Assembly (NCBI GenBank): GCA_046331705.1
Contig: JAXLQJ010000062.1
Location: 1 to 41,214, forward strand
Source of the DNA: a bacterium
GTDB taxonomy: Bacteria > JADJOY01
Length of the DNA stretch: 41,214 nt
Direction: 5' to 3'
Positions 20,998 through 30,234 of the stretch are shown here, one piece after another (the first letter of the stretch is position 1; each line of letters opens with the position of its first letter). Position numbers and translations under genes: made by a program. The notes beneath the pieces were generated by a model, which was given only the letters and a program-made list of their open reading frames with translations, ran no database searches and was not told where the DNA came from.

Positions 20998-21040
20998 GCG
21001 CCGCTGCCCCACGCCTCCGTTCGGCGCAGACGAGCGTGTC

Positions 21041-21565
21041 ATGCAGCGCCTCGCCGATCTCGTCTACTACGGCAGCGAGTACCTGAGCCTCGGCTGGGTC
21101 GGCAGCAGCAGACCGAGCGGCGCGCTGCGCTCGCTCTACCGCGCGCCCGCCAAGCTCTACGCGTGGGGGCTCGGCGGGCTCGTCGCGTCGCACGTGTTGC
21201 TGCTCACGACCACCGGGCGGAAGAGCGGCCTCGAGCGCCGCACTCCCATCGGCTACATCCACGACCCGGGGAACGACGTCTACTTCCTGACCGCGGGCTG
21301 GAAGGGTCACACGGACTGGAAGCGCAATCTCGACGCCGACCCCGCCGCCGCCGTCCAGGTCGGCCGCCGCCGATTCCGAACGCTCACCCGCCCAGCGACC
21401 GACGACGAAGCGCGCTGGGTGTTCGCCGAGTACCGGCGCCGCAATCCGTTCGCCGATCGCCTCATCCTGCGGGATACCGGCATCGCCGCCAGCGACGACG
21501 ACGACACGCTGCGACGCCTCGCCGAGCACTATCCCGTCGTGGCGCTTCCCGCCGGCCCGCGCTGA
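21041..21565 (+). CDS. Nitroreductase-family deazaflavin (F420)-dependent oxidoreductase, Ddn/FDOR-A-like
   Basis: LLLTTTGRKSGLERRTP...DWKRNLDADP..VQVG signature. Likely start ATG 21041 within ORF 20897..21565. Confidence 0.82.
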   Translation: MQRLADLVYYGSEYLSLGWVGSSRPSGALRSLYRAPAKLYAWGLGGLVASHVLLLTTTGRKSGLERRTPIGYIHDPGNDVYFLTAGWKGHTDWKRNLDADPAAAVQVGRRRFRTLTRPATDDEARWVFAEYRRRNPFADRLILRDTGIAASDDDDTLRRLAEHYPVVALPAGPR

Positions 21566-21636
21566 GCCGCGCGGATCCCTGATCGCGCGCCGGCGCTCGC
21601 CGCCGACGGCGCGCCGCACCCGCGCGATACGCACGT

Positions 21637-21665
21637 TTTACAGCGGCCGCGATCTGCGGTACGTT
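21637..21665 (+). promoter_or_regulatory. Putative sigma70-type promoter of the acyl-CoA catabolic cluster
   Basis: TTTACA (21637-21642), 17-bp spacer, TACGTT (21660-21665), about 40 bp upstream of the ALDH start. Confidence 0.55.
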
Positions 21666-21686
21666 TTTGACGATTCGTCAAAAACG
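21662..21686. promoter_or_regulatory. Perfect inverted repeat, candidate repressor operator
   Basis: CGTTTTTGACGA-T-TCGTCAAAAACG: 12-bp perfect arms, AT-rich in a GC-rich background, overlapping the putative -10 and start site. Confidence 0.7.
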
Positions 21687-21705
21687 AGCTCACCGAGGCG
21701 ACCGC

Positions 21706-23325
21706 GTGCTCGCATCCGAAGTCGCTTCTCCCCACGATCGAGCAGCGATCACGCCGTTCGACAGCACGGCGCACGAAGATTCCGCATCCAGCCCGCGTCG
21801 CACGATCGCCGTCACCAACCCGTCGACGCTCGAGCACGTCGGCGACGTGCCGGTGCTCGACGCCGCCGAGGTGCGCGCCGCCATCGGCCGCGCCCGCGCC
21901 GCCCAGGCGGCGTGGGCGGCACGCTCGGTGCGCGACCGGCTGCGCTGGATCGAACGCGTCCACCGCTCGTTCGTGGCGGCGGCCGACCGCATCGTCGAGA
22001 CCACCTGTCGCGAGACCGGCAAGTCGCGGGTGGAGACGCTCGCCCAGGACGTGCTCGCGGTCTGCGACCTGCTCGGCTACTACGAGCACAGCGCCGCTCG
22101 CACCCTCGCCCCGCGGCGGCTGGGAACGGGCGTGCTGGTCAGCAAGCGCGCCCGCCGCCTCTACCAGCCGCATGGCGTGGTGGGGGTGATCGCGCCCTGG
22201 AACTCACCGGTCAATCTGGCGGCGGGGCCGGCGATCACGGCGTTGCTCGCGGGCAACGCCGTCGTGATCAAGCCATCGGAGCTGACGCCGTTCTCCGGGC
22301 TCTTGGTGGGCGAGCTGCTGCGCAACGCGCTGCCGGACCCCGAGCTGGTGCAGATCGTCACCGGCGACGGCGCGACCGGCGAGGCCCTGGTGCGGGGCGG
22401 CGTCGACAAGCTGGTGTTCACCGGCAGCGTCGCCACCGGCAAGCGCGTGATGGCAGCGGCGGCGGAGACGTTGACGCCGTTGGTGCTCGAGCTGGGCGGC
22501 AAGGACCCGATGATCGTGAGCGCCGACGCCGACCTCGATCGGGCCGCCGCGGCAGCCGTGTGGGGGGCTTTCACCAACTGCGGCCAGGCGTGCGTCTCGA
22601 TCGAACGGGTCTACGTGGACGCGGCCGTCCACGACGCTTTCGTGGAGAAGGTGCTCGCCGAGACCCGGCGCGTGAACCAGGGCCCCTACGGCAACGACGG
22701 CGTCCACATCGGTTCGATGTCGTTCCAGCGCCAGGTGGAGATCGTCCTCGAGCACATCGCGGACGCGCTCGCCAAGGGTGCGCGGGTGCGCGCCGGCGGC
22801 GCGCGCCGCTCCGACCTCGAAGGCCTGTTCGTGCCGCCCACGGTGGTCACCGACGTGGCGAGCGGCATGAAGATCCTCGAGGACGAGACCTTCGGTCCGC
22901 TGCTGCCCATCGTGAAGGTTGCGGACGACGAGGAAGCGGTGCGCCTCGCGAACCTGGGCCGCTTCGGCTTGAGCGCCAGCGTGTGGTCGAAGGACCTGGC
23001 CAAGGCGCGGCGCATCGCCGAGCGGCTCGAGGTCGGCAGCGTCGTGATCAACGATTGCTTGCTGGCCTTCGGGATCCCCAACCTCCCGTTCGGCGGCGTG
23101 AAGGAAAGCGGCTTTGGCCGCAGCCACGGCGAGGAAGGTCTGATCGAGATGTCGCGGGTGAAGACGGTGGTCGAGGACCGCTTCGGCTTCAAGCGCGAGT
23201 TCTTCTGGTTTCCCTACCACCCGCGCACCTACGACATCATCAAGATCGCGCTCAAGGCCATCTTCGGACCGCCGCGACGCCTGGCGCGCTCCGCGCGCAC
23301 CCAGCCTCCCCCAGCTCGTTCCTGA
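21706..23325 (+). CDS. NAD(P)-dependent aldehyde dehydrogenase
   Basis: IAPWN, IKPSELTP, FTGSVATG, LELGGKDP (catalytic Glu), NCGQACVS (catalytic Cys), ETFGP, PFGGVKESG. GTG 21706 after GAGG preferred over TTG 21667. Confidence 0.93.
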   Translation: MLASEVASPHDRAAITPFDSTAHEDSASSPRRTIAVTNPSTLEHVGDVPVLDAAEVRAAIGRARAAQAAWAARSVRDRLRWIERVHRSFVAAADRIVETTCRETGKSRVETLAQDVLAVCDLLGYYEHSAARTLAPRRLGTGVLVSKRARRLYQPHGVVGVIAPWNSPVNLAAGPAITALLAGNAVVIKPSELTPFSGLLVGELLRNALPDPELVQIVTGDGATGEALVRGGVDKLVFTGSVATGKRVMAAAAETLTPLVLELGGKDPMIVSADADLDRAAAAAVWGAFTNCGQACVSIERVYVDAAVHDAFVEKVLAETRRVNQGPYGNDGVHIGSMSFQRQVEIVLEHIADALAKGARVRAGGARRSDLEGLFVPPTVVTDVASGMKILEDETFGPLLPIVKVADDEEAVRLANLGRFGLSASVWSKDLAKARRIAERLEVGSVVINDCLLAFGIPNLPFGGVKESGFGRSHGEEGLIEMSRVKTVVEDRFGFKREFFWFPYHPRTYDIIKIALKAIFGPPRRLARSARTQPPPARS

Positions 23326-23359
23326 TCCGATTCCGAACTTCGACCGAGAGGAGATCGAG

Positions 23360-24169
23360 GTGGCGATTCATTTCGAGACACACGGCAAGGTCGCGCTCAT
23401 CACCATCGACCGCGTGCACGCGAAGAACTCGCTCGACATGGAGCACTTCGGCGAGCTCGCCAACGCGTGGATCCGGTTCCGCGACGACGAATCGCTCTGG
23501 ACCGCGATCATCACCGGCAAGGAAGACGTCTTCTGCGTCGGCGCGGACTTGAAGAGCTTCGTGCCGATGGTGACGGAGAACATCGACGACCTGGCCTCCG
23601 GCGAGAAGACGCTGGGCGGCGGCCGATACCCCGACAACGCACCGCTGGTCGCCGTGCTGCGCGATTTCGAGCTCTACAAGCCGGTGATCGCCGCCATCAA
23701 CGGCACCTGCGCCGCTGGCGGCATGGAGATGCTGCACGGCATGGATCTGCGATTCGCCTCGGAGAAGGCGCGATTCTGCGTCGCCGAGGCACGCCGCGGC
23801 CTCTTCCCCGGCGGTGGCACCACGGTGTTCCTGCCCCGCCACATCGGCTTCGTGCACGCGATGGAGATGCTGCTCACCGCCGACTACATCGATGCGCAAC
23901 GCGCCTACGACTTCGGCATCGTGAACCGCGTGGTGCCGCACGAGAAGCTCATCGAGACCGCGTTCGAGTTCGCGGACAAGATCAACAAGAACGGCCCGTG
24001 CGCGATCCGCGCCATCAAGGAGTCGGTGCTGACCGGGCTCAAGAAGCCGCTGCAAGAAGCGCTCAACGACGAGCTCTTCATGGCGGCGCGGGTGTTCTCG
24101 ACCGAAGACGCGATGGAAGGCCCGCGCGCCTTCGCCGAGAAGCGTCCCCCCGAATGGAAGGGCCGCTGA
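23360..24169 (+). CDS. Enoyl-CoA hydratase/isomerase (crotonase family)
   Basis: FCVGADLK, KPVIAAING..AGGMEM, AEARRGLFPGGG, EGPRAFAEKRPPEWKGR. Confidence 0.92.
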   Translation: MAIHFETHGKVALITIDRVHAKNSLDMEHFGELANAWIRFRDDESLWTAIITGKEDVFCVGADLKSFVPMVTENIDDLASGEKTLGGGRYPDNAPLVAVLRDFELYKPVIAAINGTCAAGGMEMLHGMDLRFASEKARFCVAEARRGLFPGGGTTVFLPRHIGFVHAMEMLLTADYIDAQRAYDFGIVNRVVPHEKLIETAFEFADKINKNGPCAIRAIKESVLTGLKKPLQEALNDELFMAARVFSTEDAMEGPRAFAEKRPPEWKGR

Positions 24170-24170
24170 C

Positions 24171-25352
24171 ATGGATTTCGCGTTCGACGACGACACCAAG
24201 CTCCTCTGCGAGGCGCTGCGCAAGTTCCTCAAGACCGAGGTGCTGCCGCTCGAGGAGAAGCACAAGGACGTGATCGACGGCGGCAAGATGTCGGACGAGG
24301 TGGCGCGGATCGGCGCCGGCATCCGCAAGAAGGCCGTGGACGCGGGTTTCTACACCGTCCACCTGCCCAAGGCGCTGGGCGGCGCGGGCTTGCCGTACGT
24401 GACCACCACCGCGCTGCGCGAGGAGATCGCGCTCTCGGGCTCGGTGATCCTGGGGCTCTTCGTGATCGGCGATCCGCCCTGCGGGCCCACACCGCTCCTG
24501 ATGCTCTGCAACGACGACCAGCGCGAACGCTTCCTGAAGCCGCTCGTCGACGGCGACAAGACCACCTGCTTCGCGCTCACCGAGCCCAACGCGGGCTCGG
24601 ACATCTCCTCGATCCAGACCATGGCCGTGCGCGACGGCGACGACTTCGTGCTCAACGGCACCAAGATCTACATCTCGAACGGCATGCACGCGGACTTCTT
24701 CCAGGTCTTCGCGCTCACCCGCAAGCCCGGTCCGGACGAAGACGCGATGTTCGGGTGCATCTCCCTCTTCATGGTCGACGCCGACTCGCCCGGCGTGGAA
24801 CGCAAGCTCATGAAGTCGATGGGCGGCGACGATTTCCAGGCGGAGATCACGTTTCGCGACGTGCGCGTCCCGGCCGCGAACCTGGTCGGTGACGAGGGTT
24901 TCGGCTTCCTGGGCGCCGCGCAATGGCTTTCGGGCGAGCGGCTGATGATGGCCATCCAGGCCGTGGGCTTGGCGCGTTACGCGCTTGAGCTCGGGACCGA
25001 ATGGGCCAAGACGCGCGTCGCGTTCGGCAAGCCGATCGGCAAGAACCAAGGGGTGTCCTTTCCCCTCGCCGACTGCGCGACCCAGATCGAGGCCGCGCGC
25101 TGGCTCACCTACCGCACGGCGTGGCTGCTCGATCAGGGCGAGACCGCGATGACGGAGCTGGCGATGGCGAAGGTCTTCGCCGCCGACGTCCTCGGCAAGG
25201 TCGCCGACCAGGTGCTGCAGACCCTGGGCGGGATCGGCTACATGAGCGAGCACCCCATCGAGCGCATCTACCGGATGGCGCGGGTGTTCCGGATCGGCGG
25301 CGGCACCAGCGAGATCCAGCGGCGCTTGATCGCGAAGGGGCTCGGGCTGTGA
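24171..25352 (+). CDS. Acyl-CoA dehydrogenase
   Basis: FALTEPNAGSD, LNGTKIYISNG, R.AFGKPI...Q, LGGIGY, RIGGGTSEIQR. Confidence 0.93.
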   Translation: MDFAFDDDTKLLCEALRKFLKTEVLPLEEKHKDVIDGGKMSDEVARIGAGIRKKAVDAGFYTVHLPKALGGAGLPYVTTTALREEIALSGSVILGLFVIGDPPCGPTPLLMLCNDDQRERFLKPLVDGDKTTCFALTEPNAGSDISSIQTMAVRDGDDFVLNGTKIYISNGMHADFFQVFALTRKPGPDEDAMFGCISLFMVDADSPGVERKLMKSMGGDDFQAEITFRDVRVPAANLVGDEGFGFLGAAQWLSGERLMMAIQAVGLARYALELGTEWAKTRVAFGKPIGKNQGVSFPLADCATQIEAARWLTYRTAWLLDQGETAMTELAMAKVFAADVLGKVADQVLQTLGGIGYMSEHPIERIYRMARVFRIGGGTSEIQRRLIAKGLGL

Positions 25353-25455
25353 GACTCGCCCCGAGGGTCGCGATCCTTCGCGACCGCAGCGCTGGACCGG
25401 GCACGAGCGGCAGCGGCTGCGAGGGACCGCCGCCCTCCACGGTCCGCTCACGCGC

Positions 25456-27213
25456 ATGACCGCCCCGCTCGATCTCTCCGGCATCCGCGTGACGCCGCCA
25501 TGGTGGCGGAAATGGCGCACGTTCGTGACCGGCGCGTCGGCGGTGACGATGGCCACGTTCACGGACGCGCTCGCCGAAGTCTACGAGGACCGCAGCGCCT
25601 TCCTCCTCGACAAGCCGATCGAAGCGAGCTGGTTCACCGGCAACGTCCTCTCGTACCGCGACCTGAACCGTTTCGTGCGGCGCGCCGCCGATCTGCTCGC
25701 GAGGCTCGGCGTGCGCCACGGCGATCGCATCGCGCTGGCCACCTCGAACCGCATCGAGATCGCGATCGTCGAGTTCGGCGCGCAGCGCCTCGGCGCCGTG
25801 CCCGTGCCGATCAACTACATGCTCACGCGTGACGAGATCCGCCAGCTCGTCGAGCGCTCGGGCGCCACGGTGATGGTGACCGATCGCAGCGTCTTCCACG
25901 GCACGCTCCGCGACACCGCGGCGCTGCCGTCGATCGCGCATTGGATCATGGTCACGAACCAGGTGACGCCCGCGGGCGTCCATTCCTTCGACGAGCTGAT
26001 GAGCGCCGCCGGCGAGGACCGCACTCCGGCGCTGGTGGCGCCCGACGATCCCGCCGTCATCTTCTTCACCGCCGGCACCACCGGCCTGCCGAAGGGCGCG
26101 GTCCTCACCAGCGGCGGGCTCATGAACGGCTTCCTGCGCTACGCGCGCCTGGCCGCGTTCATGCCCACGTCCACGTCGCACCTGGCGCTCTTGGTGATGC
26201 CGCTCGCGCACACCGGCGGTCACCAGAATCTCTTGATCCAGCTCGCGCTGGCGCGTCCTTGCCTGGTGATGGGCCGCTTCGACCCCGCCGCGATCCTCGA
26301 CTTCATCGAGCGCTACCGCTGCACCATGTTCGCCGGCATCCCGGCGATGTACCGGATGCTCCTCGAGGCGGGCGCCCGAAGCCGCGATCTCACGTCGATT
26401 CGGGTCTGGGGCGGCGGCGGCGACGCCTTTCCCCAGGAGCTCGTGAACGAGTTCCGGCGGCTCACCGAACGCCGCATCGGCCCGTTCCGGCGCTCGGCGG
26501 CGTTCATCACCGGCTATGGCTTGGCGGAGACCGCGGGACAGGTGTCGATCTCGATCACCCCGTTCCTGGCCGGCGGCGACGCGTGCGTCGGGTTCTTCCT
26601 GCCCGGCGTGAAGTGGCGACTGGTGGACGAGAACGGACGCGACGTCGCCCCCGGCCAAGTCGGCGAGCTCTGGCTCAAGACCAGCGGCCTCATGAAGGGC
26701 TACTGGGAAGACGCCGAAGGCACCGCGAAAGCCATCACTCCCGACGGCTGGTTTCGAACCGGCGACCTCCTGAAGCGCGGCAATCGCTTCCGCAATCACT
26801 TCGTCGCCCGCGAGAAGGACATGATCAAGGTGGGCGGCTACAGCGTCTTTCCCGCCGAGGTCGAGCGCGAGCTGGCGAGCCACCCCGACATCGAGCGCTG
26901 CGTGGTGGTCGGGCTTCCCCACCCCACCAAGGGCGAGCTACCGGTGGCCGCGGTGATCCGGCGGGACGGTGCGACGGCGACCGAGGACGAGATCCTCGCG
27001 TGGACCGAGGGACGGATCGCCGCGTATCGCCGCCCACGGCGCGTGGTCTTCGTCGACGGCATCCCCGAGAACTTCGCGATGAAACCACTGCGCCGCCACG
27101 TGAAGAACCAACTCCTCGAGATGGGTGTCGTCGCCGAGTCGCGCGGCGACCGCGAGCGCCAAGGCACCCGCGGCGGCGCCGCGCATCCGTCCGACCTTTC
27201 CGCTCACCCGTGA
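25456..27213 (+). CDS. AMP-dependent acyl-CoA synthetase (long-chain fatty acid-CoA ligase family)
   Basis: FTAGTTGLPKG, GYGLAET, GWFRTGD, REKDMIKVGGYSVFPAEVE. Confidence 0.92.
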   Translation: MTAPLDLSGIRVTPPWWRKWRTFVTGASAVTMATFTDALAEVYEDRSAFLLDKPIEASWFTGNVLSYRDLNRFVRRAADLLARLGVRHGDRIALATSNRIEIAIVEFGAQRLGAVPVPINYMLTRDEIRQLVERSGATVMVTDRSVFHGTLRDTAALPSIAHWIMVTNQVTPAGVHSFDELMSAAGEDRTPALVAPDDPAVIFFTAGTTGLPKGAVLTSGGLMNGFLRYARLAAFMPTSTSHLALLVMPLAHTGGHQNLLIQLALARPCLVMGRFDPAAILDFIERYRCTMFAGIPAMYRMLLEAGARSRDLTSIRVWGGGGDAFPQELVNEFRRLTERRIGPFRRSAAFITGYGLAETAGQVSISITPFLAGGDACVGFFLPGVKWRLVDENGRDVAPGQVGELWLKTSGLMKGYWEDAEGTAKAITPDGWFRTGDLLKRGNRFRNHFVAREKDMIKVGGYSVFPAEVERELASHPDIERCVVVGLPHPTKGELPVAAVIRRDGATATEDEILAWTEGRIAAYRRPRRVVFVDGIPENFAMKPLRRHVKNQLLEMGVVAESRGDRERQGTRGGAAHPSDLSAHP

Positions 27214-27241
27214 CCCGCACCAGCCGGAGGAAGCGAATCCC

Positions 27242-28414
27242 GTGAGTCGACATCCCCTCAAAGGAACCCACGCGCTGGCGGGCTTCGGCCTCTCCAAGTT
27301 CGGCAAGGTGTGGGGGACGAGCTGCCTGGGCTTCACGCTCGAGGCCTGCAAGAACGCCATCGAGGACTGTGGCATCCCACGCGACGAGATCGACGGCTGC
27401 CTGGTGTCGATGCCGGCCGTGATGGGCGAGCAGCACGGCTGGGCCACGCGCGTCGCCGCCCACCTCGGGCTCGAGCCGAGGCTGGCCTGCACCATGGACA
27501 TGGGCGGCGCCACTCCAATCGGCATGATCCAGACCGCCGCGCTCTACATCGAGGCGGGCATGGCGAATGCCGTGATCTGCTGCTTCGGCATGCAGAACAA
27601 TCCGCAAGGAATGGTGCCGCAGCTCTTCGGCAGCCAGTTCGCGATCCCGTACGGCGACATCGGCGCCATCACGTTCATGGCGCACGTCGGTCGCCGCCAG
27701 ATGCACCTCTACGGCTACACCAGCCCGCAATACGGCGAGATCGCCTCGGCGTTTCGCTACCACGCGTCGATGAACCCGCTGGCGCAAAAGCGCGAGCCCT
27801 TCAGCGTGGAGGATCACCAGCGCTCGCCGTGGATCGTCGAGCCGATGCACCTCCTCGACTGCTGCCTCGTCACCGACGGCGGCGGCGCCGTGATCGTGAC
27901 CAGCGTCGAGCGCGCGCGCGACTTGAAGCAACCCGTGGTCGTCATCGCCGGCGCCGGGCAAGAGCACGGCGCCGAGATGATCTTTCCGGTGCTGCCCCGA
28001 AGCGAGCTGCCCTCGGGTGCGCGCGCCGCGCGCGCGGCCTTCGGCATGGCCGGCGTGCTGCCCCACGACGTGGACGTGGCCATGCTCTACGACGGCTTCA
28101 CGCCGCTGGTGATGCACGAGCTCGAGGCGTTCGGTTTCGCGCGCCATGGCGAGGTCGGACCGTGGGTGGCGACCGGTGCGTTGCGCCTCGGGGGCGAGCT
28201 TCCCACCAACACCCACGGCGGATTGCTCTCCGAAGGCCACCTCTTCGGCGTCGGTCACATCGCCGAGGGCATGCGACAGATCCGGCGCAGCGCCGGCGAG
28301 CGCCAGGTCGCCGACGCGGAGGTGGTGTTCGTCACCGGCTTCGGCGGCGCCCCCCACGAAGCTCCGCCCACGCTGAGCTACACGACGATGGTGCTCACGC
28401 CGGATCCGCGATGA
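27242..28414 (+). CDS. SCP2-type thiolase-fold protein (Ltp2-like lipid-transfer protein / retro-aldolase)
   Basis: GTG 27242 after GGAGG. HASMNPLA, LLDCCLVTDGGGAVIVTS, MLYDGFT, NTHGGLLSEGH. The usual nucleophilic Cys position reads DMGGAT. Followed by a DUF35 gene. Confidence 0.85.
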   Translation: MSRHPLKGTHALAGFGLSKFGKVWGTSCLGFTLEACKNAIEDCGIPRDEIDGCLVSMPAVMGEQHGWATRVAAHLGLEPRLACTMDMGGATPIGMIQTAALYIEAGMANAVICCFGMQNNPQGMVPQLFGSQFAIPYGDIGAITFMAHVGRRQMHLYGYTSPQYGEIASAFRYHASMNPLAQKREPFSVEDHQRSPWIVEPMHLLDCCLVTDGGGAVIVTSVERARDLKQPVVVIAGAGQEHGAEMIFPVLPRSELPSGARAARAAFGMAGVLPHDVDVAMLYDGFTPLVMHELEAFGFARHGEVGPWVATGALRLGGELPTNTHGGLLSEGHLFGVGHIAEGMRQIRRSAGERQVADAEVVFVTGFGGAPHEAPPTLSYTTMVLTPDPR

Positions 28415-28555
28415 GACGAGTGCGCGCGCCGCGCGAAGCTCGACGGGTGCGCGGGGGCGCGGGGGCCACCCCGCGCGCCACCTGCGCTCGGCTCACCTCG
28501 GCGACCCGCACCAAGGCCGCTCCCGACGCTCGACTCCGCAGCTGAGGTAAGGACC

Positions 28556-28972
28556 ATGTTCACGATCGACAAACCATTGCCTTCGCCCACCGAGGATACG
28601 GAGGCCTATTGGGACGCCACCCGCGAGGGTCGTCTGGTGGTCTCGACCTGCGGCGCGTGCACGCACCGCTTCCTGCCGCCGGCCAAGATCTGCCCGAGAT
28701 GCCTGTCGGACGCGGTGAGCTTCCAGCCCGTCACGGGCCGCGGCCGGGTGTTCTCGTGGATCGTCGTTCACCGCCCGCAGCACCCGGCGTTCATGGAGGA
28801 CGCGCCCTACAACGTGGTCATCGTCGAGCTCGACGAGGGGCCGCGCATGCACGGTCGCCTCGTCGACACCGACCTCGCCACCGTCCAGGTCGGCACTCCC
28901 GTGGAAGTCGCGTTCCAGAAGATCAACGACCAGATCACCTTGCCCGTCTTCCGGGCGGTGACCGGTACGTAA
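28556..28972 (+). CDS. DUF35 Zn-ribbon/OB-fold protein (ChsH2 C-terminal-like)
   Basis: YWDATREGRL, CGAC...CPRC zinc ribbon, GRGRVFSW, PYNVVIVELDEGPRM. Confidence 0.9.
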   Translation: MFTIDKPLPSPTEDTEAYWDATREGRLVVSTCGACTHRFLPPAKICPRCLSDAVSFQPVTGRGRVFSWIVVHRPQHPAFMEDAPYNVVIVELDEGPRMHGRLVDTDLATVQVGTPVEVAFQKINDQITLPVFRAVTGT

Positions 28973-28985
28973 AGGACGAATCGCC

Positions 28986-30137
28986 ATGGACTTCAACTTC
29001 ACGCCCGAGCAGGAAGCCTATCGTCAGATGATCCGCGCCTTCGTGAAGCGCGAGACCTCTCCCGAGCTGGATCGCGAGATCGAGGAGAACGAGCGCTTTC
29101 CCGAAGAGCTTAGCCCCAAGCTCGCCGCCACCGGCATCTACGGCGTGTGCTTCCCCGAGGAATACGGCGGCACCGGCGGCAACGCCATCGACTTCGCGCT
29201 CACCGTGGAAGAGCTCGCGTACGGCAGCGAGGCCGCCGCCGCGTGCTACCTGCTGCCGGTCTTCTTCGCCGGCCAGATGGTGCTCTTGAACGGCAGCGAG
29301 GAGCAGAAGAAGAAGTACCTGCCGCAGATCATCGCCGGGAAGCTCAAGGGCTGCTTCGCCCTCACCGAGCCGGGCGCGGGGTCGGACGCCGCGGCCATCG
29401 TCACGAAAGGGGTGGCCGACGGGCCGGACCACTTCGTGCTCAACGGCTACAAGCACTACATCTCGGGCGCCGACGTCGCCGACTACATCATGACGTGCAC
29501 GCGCACCGACTCGGATCGCTACAACGGCATCACGATCTTCATGGTGGATCGGCGCGCGCCGGGCGTGTCGATCCGCAAGGTTCCCAAGCTCGGCTCGCGG
29601 TGCATGAGCCTGTGCGAGATCACCTACGAGAACGTGCGGGTGCCCACCGACATGATCATCGGCGGTCCCGAGGCGCTCAACCGCGGCTGGTACCAGATGA
29701 TGTCGAGTCTCGACATGGAACGGATCATGGTCGCGGCCTCGCACGTGGCGCTCGCCCAGAAGGCCTACGAGCAGGCCCTCGATCACGCCAAGGTGCGCGA
29801 GCAGTTCGGACGCGTGATCGCGAAGTTCCAGGCCATCCAATGGCAGCTCGTGAACATGGCCATCGACATCGAGGCGGGGCGGAACCTGGTTTACAAGGCC
29901 GCGTGGAAGGCGGCCTCGGGCGACCGCATGTCGATGGACGGCTCGATCGCCAAGGTGTTCTGCACCGAGATGGCGGCGCGCGTCACCCAATCGGCGATGC
30001 AGGTGGTGGGCGGCCAGAGCTACCTGATGGAATCCGATCTCCAGCGCTGGACGCGCATGGCGCTGCTCGGCCCGATCGGCATGGGCACCAACAACATCCA
30101 GCGCATGATCATCGCCACCAGCCTCGGGCTGGTGTGA
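28986..30137 (+). CDS. Acyl-CoA dehydrogenase
   Basis: MDFNFTPEQ, FALTEPGAGSD, LNGYKHYISGA, REQFGRVIAKFQAIQ, PIGMGTNNIQR. Confidence 0.93.
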   Translation: MDFNFTPEQEAYRQMIRAFVKRETSPELDREIEENERFPEELSPKLAATGIYGVCFPEEYGGTGGNAIDFALTVEELAYGSEAAAACYLLPVFFAGQMVLLNGSEEQKKKYLPQIIAGKLKGCFALTEPGAGSDAAAIVTKGVADGPDHFVLNGYKHYISGADVADYIMTCTRTDSDRYNGITIFMVDRRAPGVSIRKVPKLGSRCMSLCEITYENVRVPTDMIIGGPEALNRGWYQMMSSLDMERIMVAASHVALAQKAYEQALDHAKVREQFGRVIAKFQAIQWQLVNMAIDIEAGRNLVYKAAWKAASGDRMSMDGSIAKVFCTEMAARVTQSAMQVVGGQSYLMESDLQRWTRMALLGPIGMGTNNIQRMIIATSLGLV

Positions 30138-30234
30138 GCCGGCGGGACGCGCTCCCGCGCGTCCGCCGCTCTCATCGATCCGCGGCAGACACGGACCGGC
30201 CGGAGCCGGTCGCTCGGCAGCGAGGGGGAAACAC

